Below are positions 13,401-24,113 of a stretch of DNA of 64,000 nt, one piece after another (the stretch's first letter is position 1; each line of letters starts with the position of its first letter). The notes under the pieces were generated by a model, which ran no database searches, was not told where the DNA came from, and saw only the letters and a list, made by a program, of their open reading frames with translations. This DNA comes from Callorhinchus milii (Eukaryota), in NCBI RefSeq assembly GCF_018977255.1, contig NW_024704745.1, positions 22,568,001 through 22,632,000 of the forward strand, written 5' to 3'. The position numbers and the translations under genes are program-made.

Positions 13401-14914
13401 ATGCAATTAAATATTCAGGTGCATGATCATGGATTGAAGTACACAGGTTGAGCTGAGCTGGAATGCATGGCACAACCTGGCTATCTCTCGAAAGTGAAGG
13501 AACACAATATCAGGTAGGTCACCTCTACCACTTCTCTTGGCAATTAGCCAAGAGCTACATTTTTAGCACTTGGGAAGCAAGCAAGAGGTATGTGACTGCA
13601 GAAGTTGGAGGTGGGAGGGGGAGGAGAAAGAGATAGATTACCTCATTATAGGCACTTTTAAAAAATATTTGCCCACAAAATACACAGTAACACCACTTTG
13701 CAATATAACCTGTGAAGTGCTTTGAGACATCTCAACATAGTGATAAGGTGCTATATCAAATGCAAGGATTATTTTGTTTTATAATATCAATTACTGTTGA
13801 CAAACTAACCCTCAGGTCAAAAATAACACCATAGAGGGTTATGAAGAGAAATAGGACCATTCAGACCCTGGAATTCTGTTGACAAGAGTATGGAGAGATA
13901 CAAATGGTGCAATGGAATGGTGGTCTGAGTTTACACAAGTGGTATGCTATTCTGAGTTGAAGATTTCAACTGCTACTGTGAGCAAAGACTCAGTATTTTG
14001 TCAACCTATTCTTTGTCAGGATGTATCATAAAGCAATTGGCTGCAACCAACTTTTCATGCAAAAATATAGATTTAATAAAAATGTACTGTGAAAAATCAC
14101 ACTGCAACAGATGGGGGGTGGGGTGGGGGGGGGGCTAGTGGGCAAGTCAGAAAGTGGAATACAAAAGGGGAGTTTTTTTTAAATAGTTAGGAGTGGTACA
14201 GTCACAATGGCTTGGCAAGTACTGGTGTGATGGAGGTACGAAGTTTAGCACAGACTCTTAAGAGAAAAGATTAAAAAGCTTATACCAACCAAAAGGGACA
14301 AAAGATAATAGCACCTGCAACACTGAGCTAAGAAAATGCTGCAGTCCCATTGTGTCTCAGAAATCACTAATCTCAATTGACTACTTTGAGACTACACGGT
14401 TCAAAGTGGTCTGAATTTTGTAATCCCTTCTGTGCAGAACATTTCTATGCATCATGTCCTGCAGAACTTCCTTTGCCAACTGACTTGGTGGTGAATCAGA
14501 GGTTTTCAAACTACTCTAGAAATTGAACCAACCTAGCAAATCCCAGAAGATAATAATGCCCTTTCAAATACAAGTAGTTTGAAACCTGCAGTTTCTGTGG
14601 GAGATCTTAACATACCAAAGACCAGAGTTAACTCATAAGATGTAGCAATCTATACTGGAGAAATACAATATTACACTTCAGTAAATTTTGAAATTCGATT
14701 CACCAAATGCTCAAAGCAAGGAACAGTTAACAGTTTGCATTTATTTTTCACTGCTGAAAGCCAGAACAGCTTTAAAATACTCTACCAAGCAGCTGGGATT
14801 TAGTCATATGTCATCAGTGAATCTCACAGAATCTGTCGTAATCTCATCCGCTTAGACAGACAAACGCAGGCATGAAACATAACATCTCTGGACAAAGTCC
14901 ATCCACTGTAGATT

Positions 14915-16000
14915 TAACAACAACAAGAAATTACATTTGTAAAGTGCCTTTCAAGTCGGGAGGATGTCCCAAGGCGCTAGACAGTCAGGGATTTGGACCC
15001 GAGCAGGGGGTTAGGATCAGGGAGGGTGGAGGGCAGGGAGGGGAGGGGAGAGATAGGAGGGTGACAGAATGTATGGTCGAAGAGAGTCTCAAGACTGGTC
15101 TTGAAGAAGTCAAGGGAGGGAGCAAGATGAAGGAACTGGGGGATGGAGGGTAGGGGCAGAGAGGCTGAAAGATCCGACCGCTGATGTTGGGGTGGTGTGG
15201 GCAGGAGACATGGCGCAAGCCAGAGCATGCTGAGCGGAGGGAACAGCCATGTTAATATGGGGTTAGCAGGTCACAGAGGTAAGAAGGAGCAAGGCCTTGG
15301 AGGGCTTTGAAGGCGAGGACAAGGATTTTGAACTCTATCCTCTGGGGGGATGGGGAGCCATTGGAGCCAGGCGAGGGTGGGAGTGATAGAGTCTGCAGCT
15401 TGTGGAGGGAAAAGTTCGGAAGGCCAATAAGCAGAGCGTTGGTTTAGTCGAGCCTAGATGCAATAAATGCATGGATGAGGGTTTCGGAGGCCTGAGGGGA
15501 GAGGCAGTAGCAGAGCTGGGCAATGTTGCAGAGGTGGGGGAAGGCAGAGCGGATCATGGCACGGATGTGGGGTAGAAAGGACAGTTGAGGATTAAACAAG
15601 ATGCCAAGATGCCAAGGCATTTATATAACAGCTTTCAAGTGGGGTTGCATCTCGGAGCACTTAACAGTGGCGGAGCCTGACGCCGAGCATGGGGAGGGAT
15701 AAGGTGACCATAAGCACAGTCAAAGAGGAAGGTCTTCAGTTGTGATCTGAAAAAAGGGAAAAAGGGGGCATGGCAGAGGGAGAGAGTTCCAAAGCCCGAT
15801 GGTGGATCGGAGAGGATGAGGGACAAGCAGGTGGCTGCAGCCAGCCGAGCAGAGGCAGCAGATGGTGGAGTGAGGAGTAAACAGTTTGGAGAGGTAGGGA
15901 GGGACCACGGCCTGAAGGAATTTGTAGACAAGTAGGAGGATCTTGAAGTCAATCTGTTCTGTGATAGGGAGCCAGGCGAAGACTGGTGGTGATGGATGCA
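14915..16000 (-). mobile_element. Two tandem L2-clade LINE 3' fragments
   Basis: (CAA)n tail plus ttacatttgtaaagtgcctttc. The decayed ORF2 C-terminus includes WLPITEQIDFKILLLVYK, typical of L2. Confidence 0.85.
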
Positions 16001-18824
16001 GGAGTTTAGCAGACTCTAAAAGGACTAAAGATCTAGGCATAAAGGATTAAAGATTTTCCTTCTCACACATTCAGCTAAGAAAATGCTGCAATCCCATTGT
16101 GTCTTTAAAGGCACTAATCTCAATTGACTACTTTTTGATACTGCATGGTCCAAAGAGTTTTGAATTTTGTAACAATGTAAACATCATACGCAAGTGTTAA
16201 TTGAAGATATTTCTGTTTATATTTTGGTGCACAAGTTGGTCCACCAAAAAACGGTCACTGTACTGTACAGTATATCCTGTGAAGTGCTTTGGGACTTTCT
16301 CCCAAGTGAAGGGCGTTAAAGCAAAATTTAAGGATTATTATTATATAAGGCTAGAAAATCTACCACCAAAGACTACACAGGGATGGTCAAGTAGTTGTGT
16401 GATCTACACGTGATTACATAAAATCATCAAGCACAAGTTCAGACAATTTTATTGAAACAGCAAAATCAGTCTTACATTATTGAAAAAATACATTAATTGT
16501 TGTGATATACAGATTATTGGATTCTGATCAGTACAATTTATATTGGGGACACAAATGCAGTATTTGTAACAGGATTCAAATTGACTATTGCAATCATATT
16601 GTAATTATTGAATCCTGCCAATAACCAAATGTGAATCATGCCAGCACAAACTCTGCTCCAATACACTCAGATAAAGATTGTATCTTTGAAACAGAGTTCC
16701 CACAGATTAGTGTGACATTCAGAGTTACCAGCAGAATTTAATAAATGCACATTTCAAATACTGCAATTTCAACTACCTTTTCTTCTATAGTATTTTGCCT
16801 TTTCATTATTAACATTGGTCTTTTTTTTAAAACTCTGCTCTTTTGCGTTGAAATGTTCAGCTTTAGGTAATACCCCTGCGTCATAAGTGGACAGATCCAG
16901 CAGAAAGTCATTTGTTGCAAGATGAACATTAACTCACGATGCTTGTGCCTCTACAAGACTCAGTCTAATAAATCGCAACTGCTACCAAACATGAACTTTT
17001 ATGTTGCTTACTATTTCAGTTCAATGGGAATATCAGATCAAAATGACCATCAAAGGAGACCAACATTGAAGTTGTATTTGTTTATTTTGAATAGGATATT
17101 GCAGCTTATTCCTTTTGTTACTAAGTTTGGAAAAGTTGAAAGTACAATACAAGTAGCATTGATAAGTTTCCCACTCATGGGAAGGTCACCGGCTGCAGCT
17201 GTGTGCTGCTGTACACATCTTTCCTCCATTTGTTTAGTGAAACCAAACCACAACCTGTTTAAAGTGGTTTCATCTCAGGCAGGAGAAATTGCAAAAATTA
17301 CAAGCTCCCCTTGCAGCATGAAGGCTGTGTTACAGAGCTCACATGGTGAGGGGGCTAAATTAGCATGAATACAGGACAATTAATCATAGGTGCTTCAATT
17401 ATCATGTAATTTCAACTCAATTTGAAAGCAGCTCACTCACTTCACTGGGACTAGCAACTCCTGCAAGCCATTTCCTCAAGGACATTATTTTTACTCCATC
17501 TTTTGCCTCCATCTCCCCTCCACCCTGCTACAAAATTGAAGTCGGAGGTCATTTTAATCGCCTGTGATCAAACCACCTCTGAAAGCATGTTCTCCAAGAG
17601 ACTGAAAATAGTATATTTTTGCACTCATGTGATGTCTTTCTTTAAGGACTCAGCATTGGAATTCATCCATTTTAAAGGCTGCCTCAAGAACTCTTGTCAA
17701 ACTACGTTTTCAGTCATCTCCTGCCCCCACACCACTACTCTCACCCCACTTGGGATCCAAGTATGATGCACTTTGAGACTGAAAGTTGAAATGTAAATCG
17801 TACTGTATTGCATTACCAAGCTCTGAAAAGAGGTTAAAAATGACCAATTTGGACTGTTAGATTTCAAGTTGGCATTCATTTCAGCAGTTGCACATCATGC
17901 AAGGACTGGATTGACCTTACCTGTGGTCAGCCTCCACTCCAAACATTCAACAAAGTTGTCGACAATGTCTTCTCTCTTAAATGTACACTTTAGTGAGTTA
18001 TTAGAAGTAGTTATGGAACTACTTCAGTTTGAATTGGTATTTACAGTAGAGATCATGAGGGGAAAAAGTGGAAGAGAAAATATTTTAAGGAAACAGAAAT
18101 TTTTTCCTCCCACAAACTATGGATAAGGCCATTTTAGGATGTTATGCTGGAGCATTCCTCTATTATACGGCCTTGAATTTCCGGCAAGGACATTAAAAAT
18201 CAATCCCATGCATTGAAATTGAAAGCAGTTCTCTGCTGACGATGGCTGTGGTGATGCATGTTGTTTGATCAATACAGTAGTTGCTTTGTGATTTCTCAAT
18301 TCACTGCACATTCCAGCTCTTTAGCAAACTGTATTTAAGGGTTGCGATAGTGAAACCATTACTTTAATTCTTTTCCTCAACCTTTAATATACAATCAAAT
18401 AAATACTTTTAAATGCTGAAAAGTTTTTGAAATCTCAAGTGTATTTTGTTCACTTAATACAAACCCTTCTAGGTTCAGGAATTTATTATTTTGCCCAAAA
18501 TTTATGAATAATGAAGTTGGACATCTGATGCCTTCTGTACCAACACCGATCGGTGAATAAGTGTTAACAACTTTCTAAATTATTGGTTCTTCATTCAATG
18601 ACTATTAAGAGATTTTACTGTATGCAAATTGGCTGCTGTATTTGCCTACAAAATACAATCACAGTGCTTTACAATAAATCCTGTGAAGAATTTTGAGGCA
18701 TCTTCCCAACATGAAAAGTTCCATAACATCATCATCCTCAACAGGGACCATCCCATCTGCCAATGGATTAACTTCAAGATCCTCATCCTACCTATAGCTA
18801 ATAATCCCTTCAAATATAAATAAA

Positions 18825-19003
18825 TAATAATATGGTCACTCAATCCACAACTGTTTGTGGGACACTGCTGTGCGCAATTGGCTGATGTATGTTGCCCACA
18901 AAATATACAGTCAATTCACTTTACAGTATATTCTGTAAAGTGCTTTGAAACGTTTCAAAGAGGTGATAAGGCATTACATCAAATGCAAGGACTATTATTA
19001 TAA
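18825..19003 (+). mobile_element. 5'-truncated SINE (Deu-like domain plus tail); similar 3' fragments near 11820, 13660, 16240, 18610, 28000, 30650, 33280, 38070, 39090, 61205 and 62430
   Basis: Contains gtttgtgggacactgctgtgcgcaattggctg...cagtcaattcactttacagtatattctgtaaagtgctttga...aaatgcaaggactattatt. Confidence 0.8.
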
Positions 19004-19141
19004 ATCCCAGCAGCACCCCATCTCTCTTAACTTCAACCACACTCCTCTGTTCATTGAGGCCTCCTGCACATCCCCTATTACCTCTGGGTAAGGAGAGGAA
19101 CCGGGACCGATAGTAATTGAATGTTAATTTCAATTGGCACT

Positions 19142-20973
19142 ATGGCCCCGGGAAATAATGCTGGTTGTGACTGGGCTGTGAACTTTGAAAGGAAGCTCAT
19201 TAGAATGGTTCAGAAGTTGAAGTTGGGGGCGAACGATGAGAATATTCCGCAGCCAAGTGACGCTACAGGGCATAAGCCTTTAGTAGGAGAAATCGAGGAG
19301 TTAGGCACTCAGCGGAGGTTGAGTGATAGCAAGAAGAAGGTTTTGTTGAAATACTGGGCTGTCGTGAGTTGCCAACATACAGAAGAAGAAAGACGCATAT
19401 GGCAGGAGGAGAAAAAACGTAAACAGGAAAGATTTCAGAAGGATCTGGAAGAAGCGAGAGAGCAGGCAGCAAAGTACAAGGCGGACTTCTACGCTCAGCA
19501 AGAGCGCGGGAAGTTAGAGCAAAGGGACTTAGAACGTGCGAATAAAGACATGACTGAGAGATATACCACCCTGCAGGGAATTTATAACCATCAAGGCGCT
19601 ATTTTAAATCTAACAGTTGTTAAATCTCAAGAGGTCGAAGAGCTTAAGGAAAAACGGTTGCGAGATAAGGAAATGATTGCCGGGTTGAGACAGGAAAATG
19701 ATGATTTGAGGGGAGCCCTGCGCTACCAAGAAATAGGTAGGCAGGAGCGAGCGGAGTTAGAAGTGTTAAGGAAGAGAAAAGAGGGAGAGAAGGAAGGTAA
19801 CGAATGGAGACAAGCGTTAGTAGCGGCGATATGTGACATTAAGCCTGTGATGAATGGGGTTTGTCAGGATGCCGATGATAATAATGTAGATTGGGGAGTG
19901 TTGGATGAAGAGGCAGTGCAGTACAATGAGAATGAAGGATCAGGGCCACCCCTAGTAAAGGATCGTGTTTGTCCGGTCAGCACTTCACAGCGTACCAATG
20001 CAAATGGGAATGCTGGGGGCCGGGACAAAATTGTCACCTCCCTGAGCCCGGAAGATGTGGTCGCGTATTGTTCTCAGCTGGGGCCCAAATTAACTCAAGG
20101 AACCCCATGGCAACCCTGGATAATGAAATGGGATACTTGGAAAGAGGATAACGCTGACTTAACTCCCGCCGACTATGCTAGGACACTTAAGGCAATGTTA
20201 AGCTCGGATCTCCGAGGGGCTTTAGACCCTCGTACGATCCCAGGCGGAGTCGTTACCCTGGCCAATTTACAGGATTTCGAGGCAGAGGTGAGGCGAGAGC
20301 TGGCTGTCCACTCCAACCCCCTTGAAGATTTGGCCTCATGTAAGCAGGGGCAAATGAAAATCCCCTGGCTTTTCATCTCAGACTGTGGCAGCTAGATTCG
20401 GCTAATCAGGAAAATGCCATGAATCGGCAACAATGCGAGAATTCTGTTAATTATAAAAAATGCTGGTTAGGAAAATTGAATCAGAATACCTCTGCTGCTA
20501 TGGGGTTAGGCATAGATCGCGCCTCCCTTTTTCATCAACTGATGGGAACAGCCACTAGGTGTCACGGGGCTATTCAGAAAACTATTAAGAGTGAAAAGAC
20601 AGAATCTGTGTGGCAGGTGGAGGGGCAAGAGCCGTGGAGACCACTGAATAATGGTCCGAGCTGAGGACAGCCCCGAAATCAGGGACCCCGAGATAGTTCA
20701 AGGGATACATGCTATACCTGTGGTAGACAGGGCCATTGGGCTCCGGACTGTCCAACAGGGCGCAGACCCCGCGCACAGAGAGAGTAGAGCTTTTATGCTG
20801 ACCCCAGACTTGATCAAGAGCAGCAAAGCTATGAGCAATGGGAGAGGAACCTGGAGCGAAAGTTAACCCGTTCATTAACCCAAGAAATCTTGACTCAGCT
20901 AGGCCATAATCAGGGACGTGGAGGTGGCTCTGTATCGGTTATAGTCGAGGGGAACCGAGCATGCCCTCAGTGA
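19142..20973 (+). pseudogene. gag: gag of the LTR element (coiled-coil N-terminus, capsid MHR, CCHC nucleocapsid)
   Basis: Open from actATGg (19142) to about 20350, including a long E/K/R/Q-rich coiled-coil-like stretch. Restoring 1 nt in the G run at 20347-20350 gives the MHR-like CKQGANENPLAFHLRL. The zinc knuckle CYTCGRQGHWAPDC (CX2CX4HX4C) is at 20710-20751. Internal stops lie at 20662 and about 20785, and the terminal TGA is at 20971-20973. Confidence 0.88.
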
Positions 20974-21582
20974 CGTGTTTCGGTCCCACACCCTGATGCT
21001 GGCCAAGTGAACAATCCGTTGTGTGTCCCCTTTAAGAAATACGAGGGACCGAGGCCGTTTATATCCATGAAGGTGTGCGGGACCATCCATGCTATTTTGG
21101 TAGATTCAGGCTCTACAGCCACCCTGCTTAATTTCGACAACCAACCCCTTCCTCCCCTAACAGGTGAATGTTTGGAATTTTCTGGTGTGTCTGGTAGCCC
21201 TATGTATGGTCAAGTGTTGCGTCCTTTGCCTGTACAATTGACTTGTAAAGCAACGATTGTTTTAAAACAGCCAATTGCTGTAAATTTAACCACTGAACCT
21301 GGTATCCTCGGTAGCAATGAACTAACCTCGCGTAACGCTCTGCTCGACTATACTAATCATTGTTTATGGTTAGATCAACATCCTGGTCAGGGTCGGTTTC
21401 GTGAAATATTAGATCAGCATGCTGTGTGCGCTATTAAAAAGCCCACCCCATACCCTCCAGTTCAGTCAAATCACCCCTGGATTGGTCCATTATTATCCCA
21501 GTTTCCAGGTCTCCTAGCCACTCACAAACACAACTGTGGGAGGATGGCAGTAACTGAAGAGGTTAATGGTCCCACCCACTAG
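20974..21582 (+). pseudogene. pro: Retroviral-type aspartic protease region of pol
   Basis: Contains the active-site motif AILVDSGSTATLL, the flap-like FSGVSG and GILGSNEL (GILGxD/N). It is in the same frame as the gag C-terminus. Confidence 0.9.
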
Positions 21583-22420
21583 CCCTGTAAACAATACCTT
21601 TTGCCTAAAGAAAGTTTACCTTATGTCCAAGCCACAATTGAGAGTTTAAAGGAACAAGGTGTGATTCGTGAAGGGATATTTCACCTTTTAGCCGTGTGTT
21701 GGGCAGTCACCTCCTTTCAATACATCACTGGACTCCAGAAGATTATTCTTCACTCTCCGCACACCCCAGTTCGTCTCCTGCAACGACCGGACAATACGCT
21801 CGTCTCCTCGCAAAGACTCACTAAATGGGCTCTCACTCTGGCTGCTGCTGATTTATCGGTTGTTACTGGTCCGACTACCCTCATTCCCCAGATGATGTTG
21901 TATGACGGTGACCCTCATACATGCCCTCTTCCGTGCTTGAACTTCAGCGATACTGGAATCCTTAAGTCCCCGCTGGAGACTTCCCCGGTGCAGTCTGTTG
22001 CCAATGTGTACATTGATGGCTCCTCCTTCCATGTTGATGGCAAGGCATTCACTGTTTTTTTTCGTTATCCTCCGTGATCGTGATATTGGTTTCCGCTGCA
22101 TACCACATTCTGCTCAATATGCTGAGTAGGCTCCACTCATTGAAGTGGTGCGCCAAACTGCCAAAGTGGCTACCAACATATGGTCCGACAGCGCTTATGT
22201 TGTAAATACTGTGTTACTACTACCTTTGTACTCTTCCCGAAATTTTTGTACCTCTGCAGGAAAGGCGTTGGTTCACGCATCACTTCTGAGATGTCTGGCT
22301 GATGAGATATTCTGTCGCACCCATCCGATGTATATTGGTAAGGTGGCAGGTCATTAAAAGACTGGACCACACTCACACGGGAACAATTGTGCTGATGTCG
22401 TTGCTCGCCAGTCCGCTCTT
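21583..22420 (+). pseudogene. pol: pol: RT N-terminal stub fused to the tether (degenerate RNase H), then a retroviral-type RNase H
   Basis: The RT start PCKQYLLPKESLPYVQATIESLKEQGVIREG jumps directly to the tether HLLAVCWAVTSFQYITGLQKIILHSPHTPVRLL...SSQRLTKWALTL, with no YxDD motif. RNase H motifs follow: VYIDGSS, HSAQYAE, IWSDSAYV, KVAGH and GNNCADVVAR. Confidence 0.85.
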
Positions 22421-22689
22421 GATGGAGAAGCATGGATTTCTTCCCCTCTTCCGTCCCACTCAGTGATGAGTATCTCAACTTCGTCCTCTTTGACTGATTT
22501 GATTAAACTCCAGAATTCATACCCGCCTTACATCAAAGCCATGCACTGGCACTAGGAGAACTTGCTGGACTTGATATCCATCCCGAGCCACAATATGATT
22601 GGCTAGTGCACACCCATTTGTATGTTCCTCTGGACTCTCTGGACTCCCCTGTTCTCATGTATTCTAAGCATGATATTTCCACTGTGTGT

Positions 22690-23798
22690 ATTCCCCCAGA
22701 TTGTGCTGATGCGATGTTTCAGTTATACCACTCACATCCTACTGGTGGTCACTTTGTTCCTCAAAAACCATCACTAAGTTGTTGCGCTCTGTCTGGTGGC
22801 CTGGTTTGTCTCATGACGTTCGGGAACGATGTAAGACGTGCCTTGTGTGCCTTCAGCCCAATCCCCCTCGATCTACTAATCGAGCGTTATTGTAAAGTGC
22901 ACCCTCTCCCACGGGTCCTTGGACCAACATTCAGATCGATTTTATTGGGCCATGGTCCACTGCTGCCGGTGGTTACAAATACTGTTTAGTCATTATTGAT
23001 AAGTTTACAAAATGGATTGAAGCTTTCCCAACTAAAAATAACACAGCGCTCACTGCTGCACGCATTTTATTGCGTGAGGTGATCTGCAGGTTGGGAATCC
23101 CTGGTATATTGGATAGTGATCAGGGATCACATTTCACGGGCGAAGTTTTTACCAAATTAATGGACTTGCTGGAAATTGATCACAAATTGCATGTGTCATA
23201 CTATCCTCAATCCTCAGGGGTAGTAGAAAGAAGCACATTAAAGGTTTTGTTGTCAAAATTTTGTGCAGATCACCCCACGCAATGGATGAAGGGATTGCCA
23301 CTGTGTCTAATGGCAATTCGTTCCACCCCACATGCTACTACTGGCATTTCACCCTATCAAGCGATGACAGGTTGTTTAATGAGGCTACCAGGTTGTACAG
23401 TAGTGATGACTGAACAAGCCCTCGAACAATTAGAGGGTAATGTTAAATTGCAGGGAACTGCGGAGGAGTCATGGCTGAAAGAGATGCTAAAGATCATACA
23501 GGAAACCAACAGGTTCGTGGCTACAAACACTGGTAAGGCGAAACAAAGTATGAAGCAACAATTTGACACTACTGTTAACCATGTGGAGTATGAAATTGGA
23601 GATGAAGTCATGGTCCGCGTGTATGGGAAAAAGGAATCTCCTTTTGCCCCGTGATGGAAAAGGCCTTTTGAAATTTTGGAAAAGGCAAGCCCGGCAGTAT
23701 ATTTAATTGCCATGCCTTTGTCTTCTAAATTGACTAAATGGTACCATGTGAATCAACTCAAAACTGTAAAGAAGGGAAAAGGATAAACTGACGACTGA
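22690..23798 (+). pseudogene. int: Integrase (HHCC, DDE core, C-terminal GPY/F-like module), frameshifted
   Basis: Motifs are YHSHPTGGHF...CKTCLVC, GPWTNIQIDFIGP, IIDKFTKWIEAFP, LDSDQGSHF, YYPQSSGVVER, IRSTPHATTGISPY and YEIGDEVMVR...P*WKRPFEI...WYHVNQLK. Confidence 0.93.
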
Positions 23799-23861
23799 AT
23801 ATATGCTACATTTGTATTTTGCAGGCACCAACCGAGTGATTACCTTATCTTCTGCATCAAT

Positions 23862-24029
23862 ATGGATCTGGATGGAATTACTGGAGGCCTGGTGCTTGGC
23901 GTTGTAATACTACTAATCCAGAACTCCCATGTTTACTCCCATGATAACCCCTTTGATGGAAACCCCCATAATACTTTCTTATTAACAGCTTATAGATATG
24001 CACAAAATAATCAGGTGTCTAGTTGTTAA
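23862..24029 (+). pseudogene. Truncated env-like ORF (55 aa: signal peptide plus start of SU)
   Basis: Translates as MDLDGITGGLVLGVVILLIQNSHVYSHDNPFDGNPHNTFLLTAYRYAQNNQVSSC*. It is preceded by the acceptor tttgtattttgcag (23811-23824) just after the IN stop and has a hydrophobic leader. It is too short to appear in the ORF track. Confidence 0.6.
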
Positions 24030-24113
24030 CCTTGTTTTATTTTTCTGACTTTGTATTATATTCTTTTTGTAGTTTTGTGATACCTCATGTTCATTTGGTA
24101 TCAAGGTGGGGAC

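Noticed and set aside
16922-17368. 148-aa ORF on the + strand
   Set aside because: It has no recognisable motif or splice support and has AT-rich, intron-like composition.
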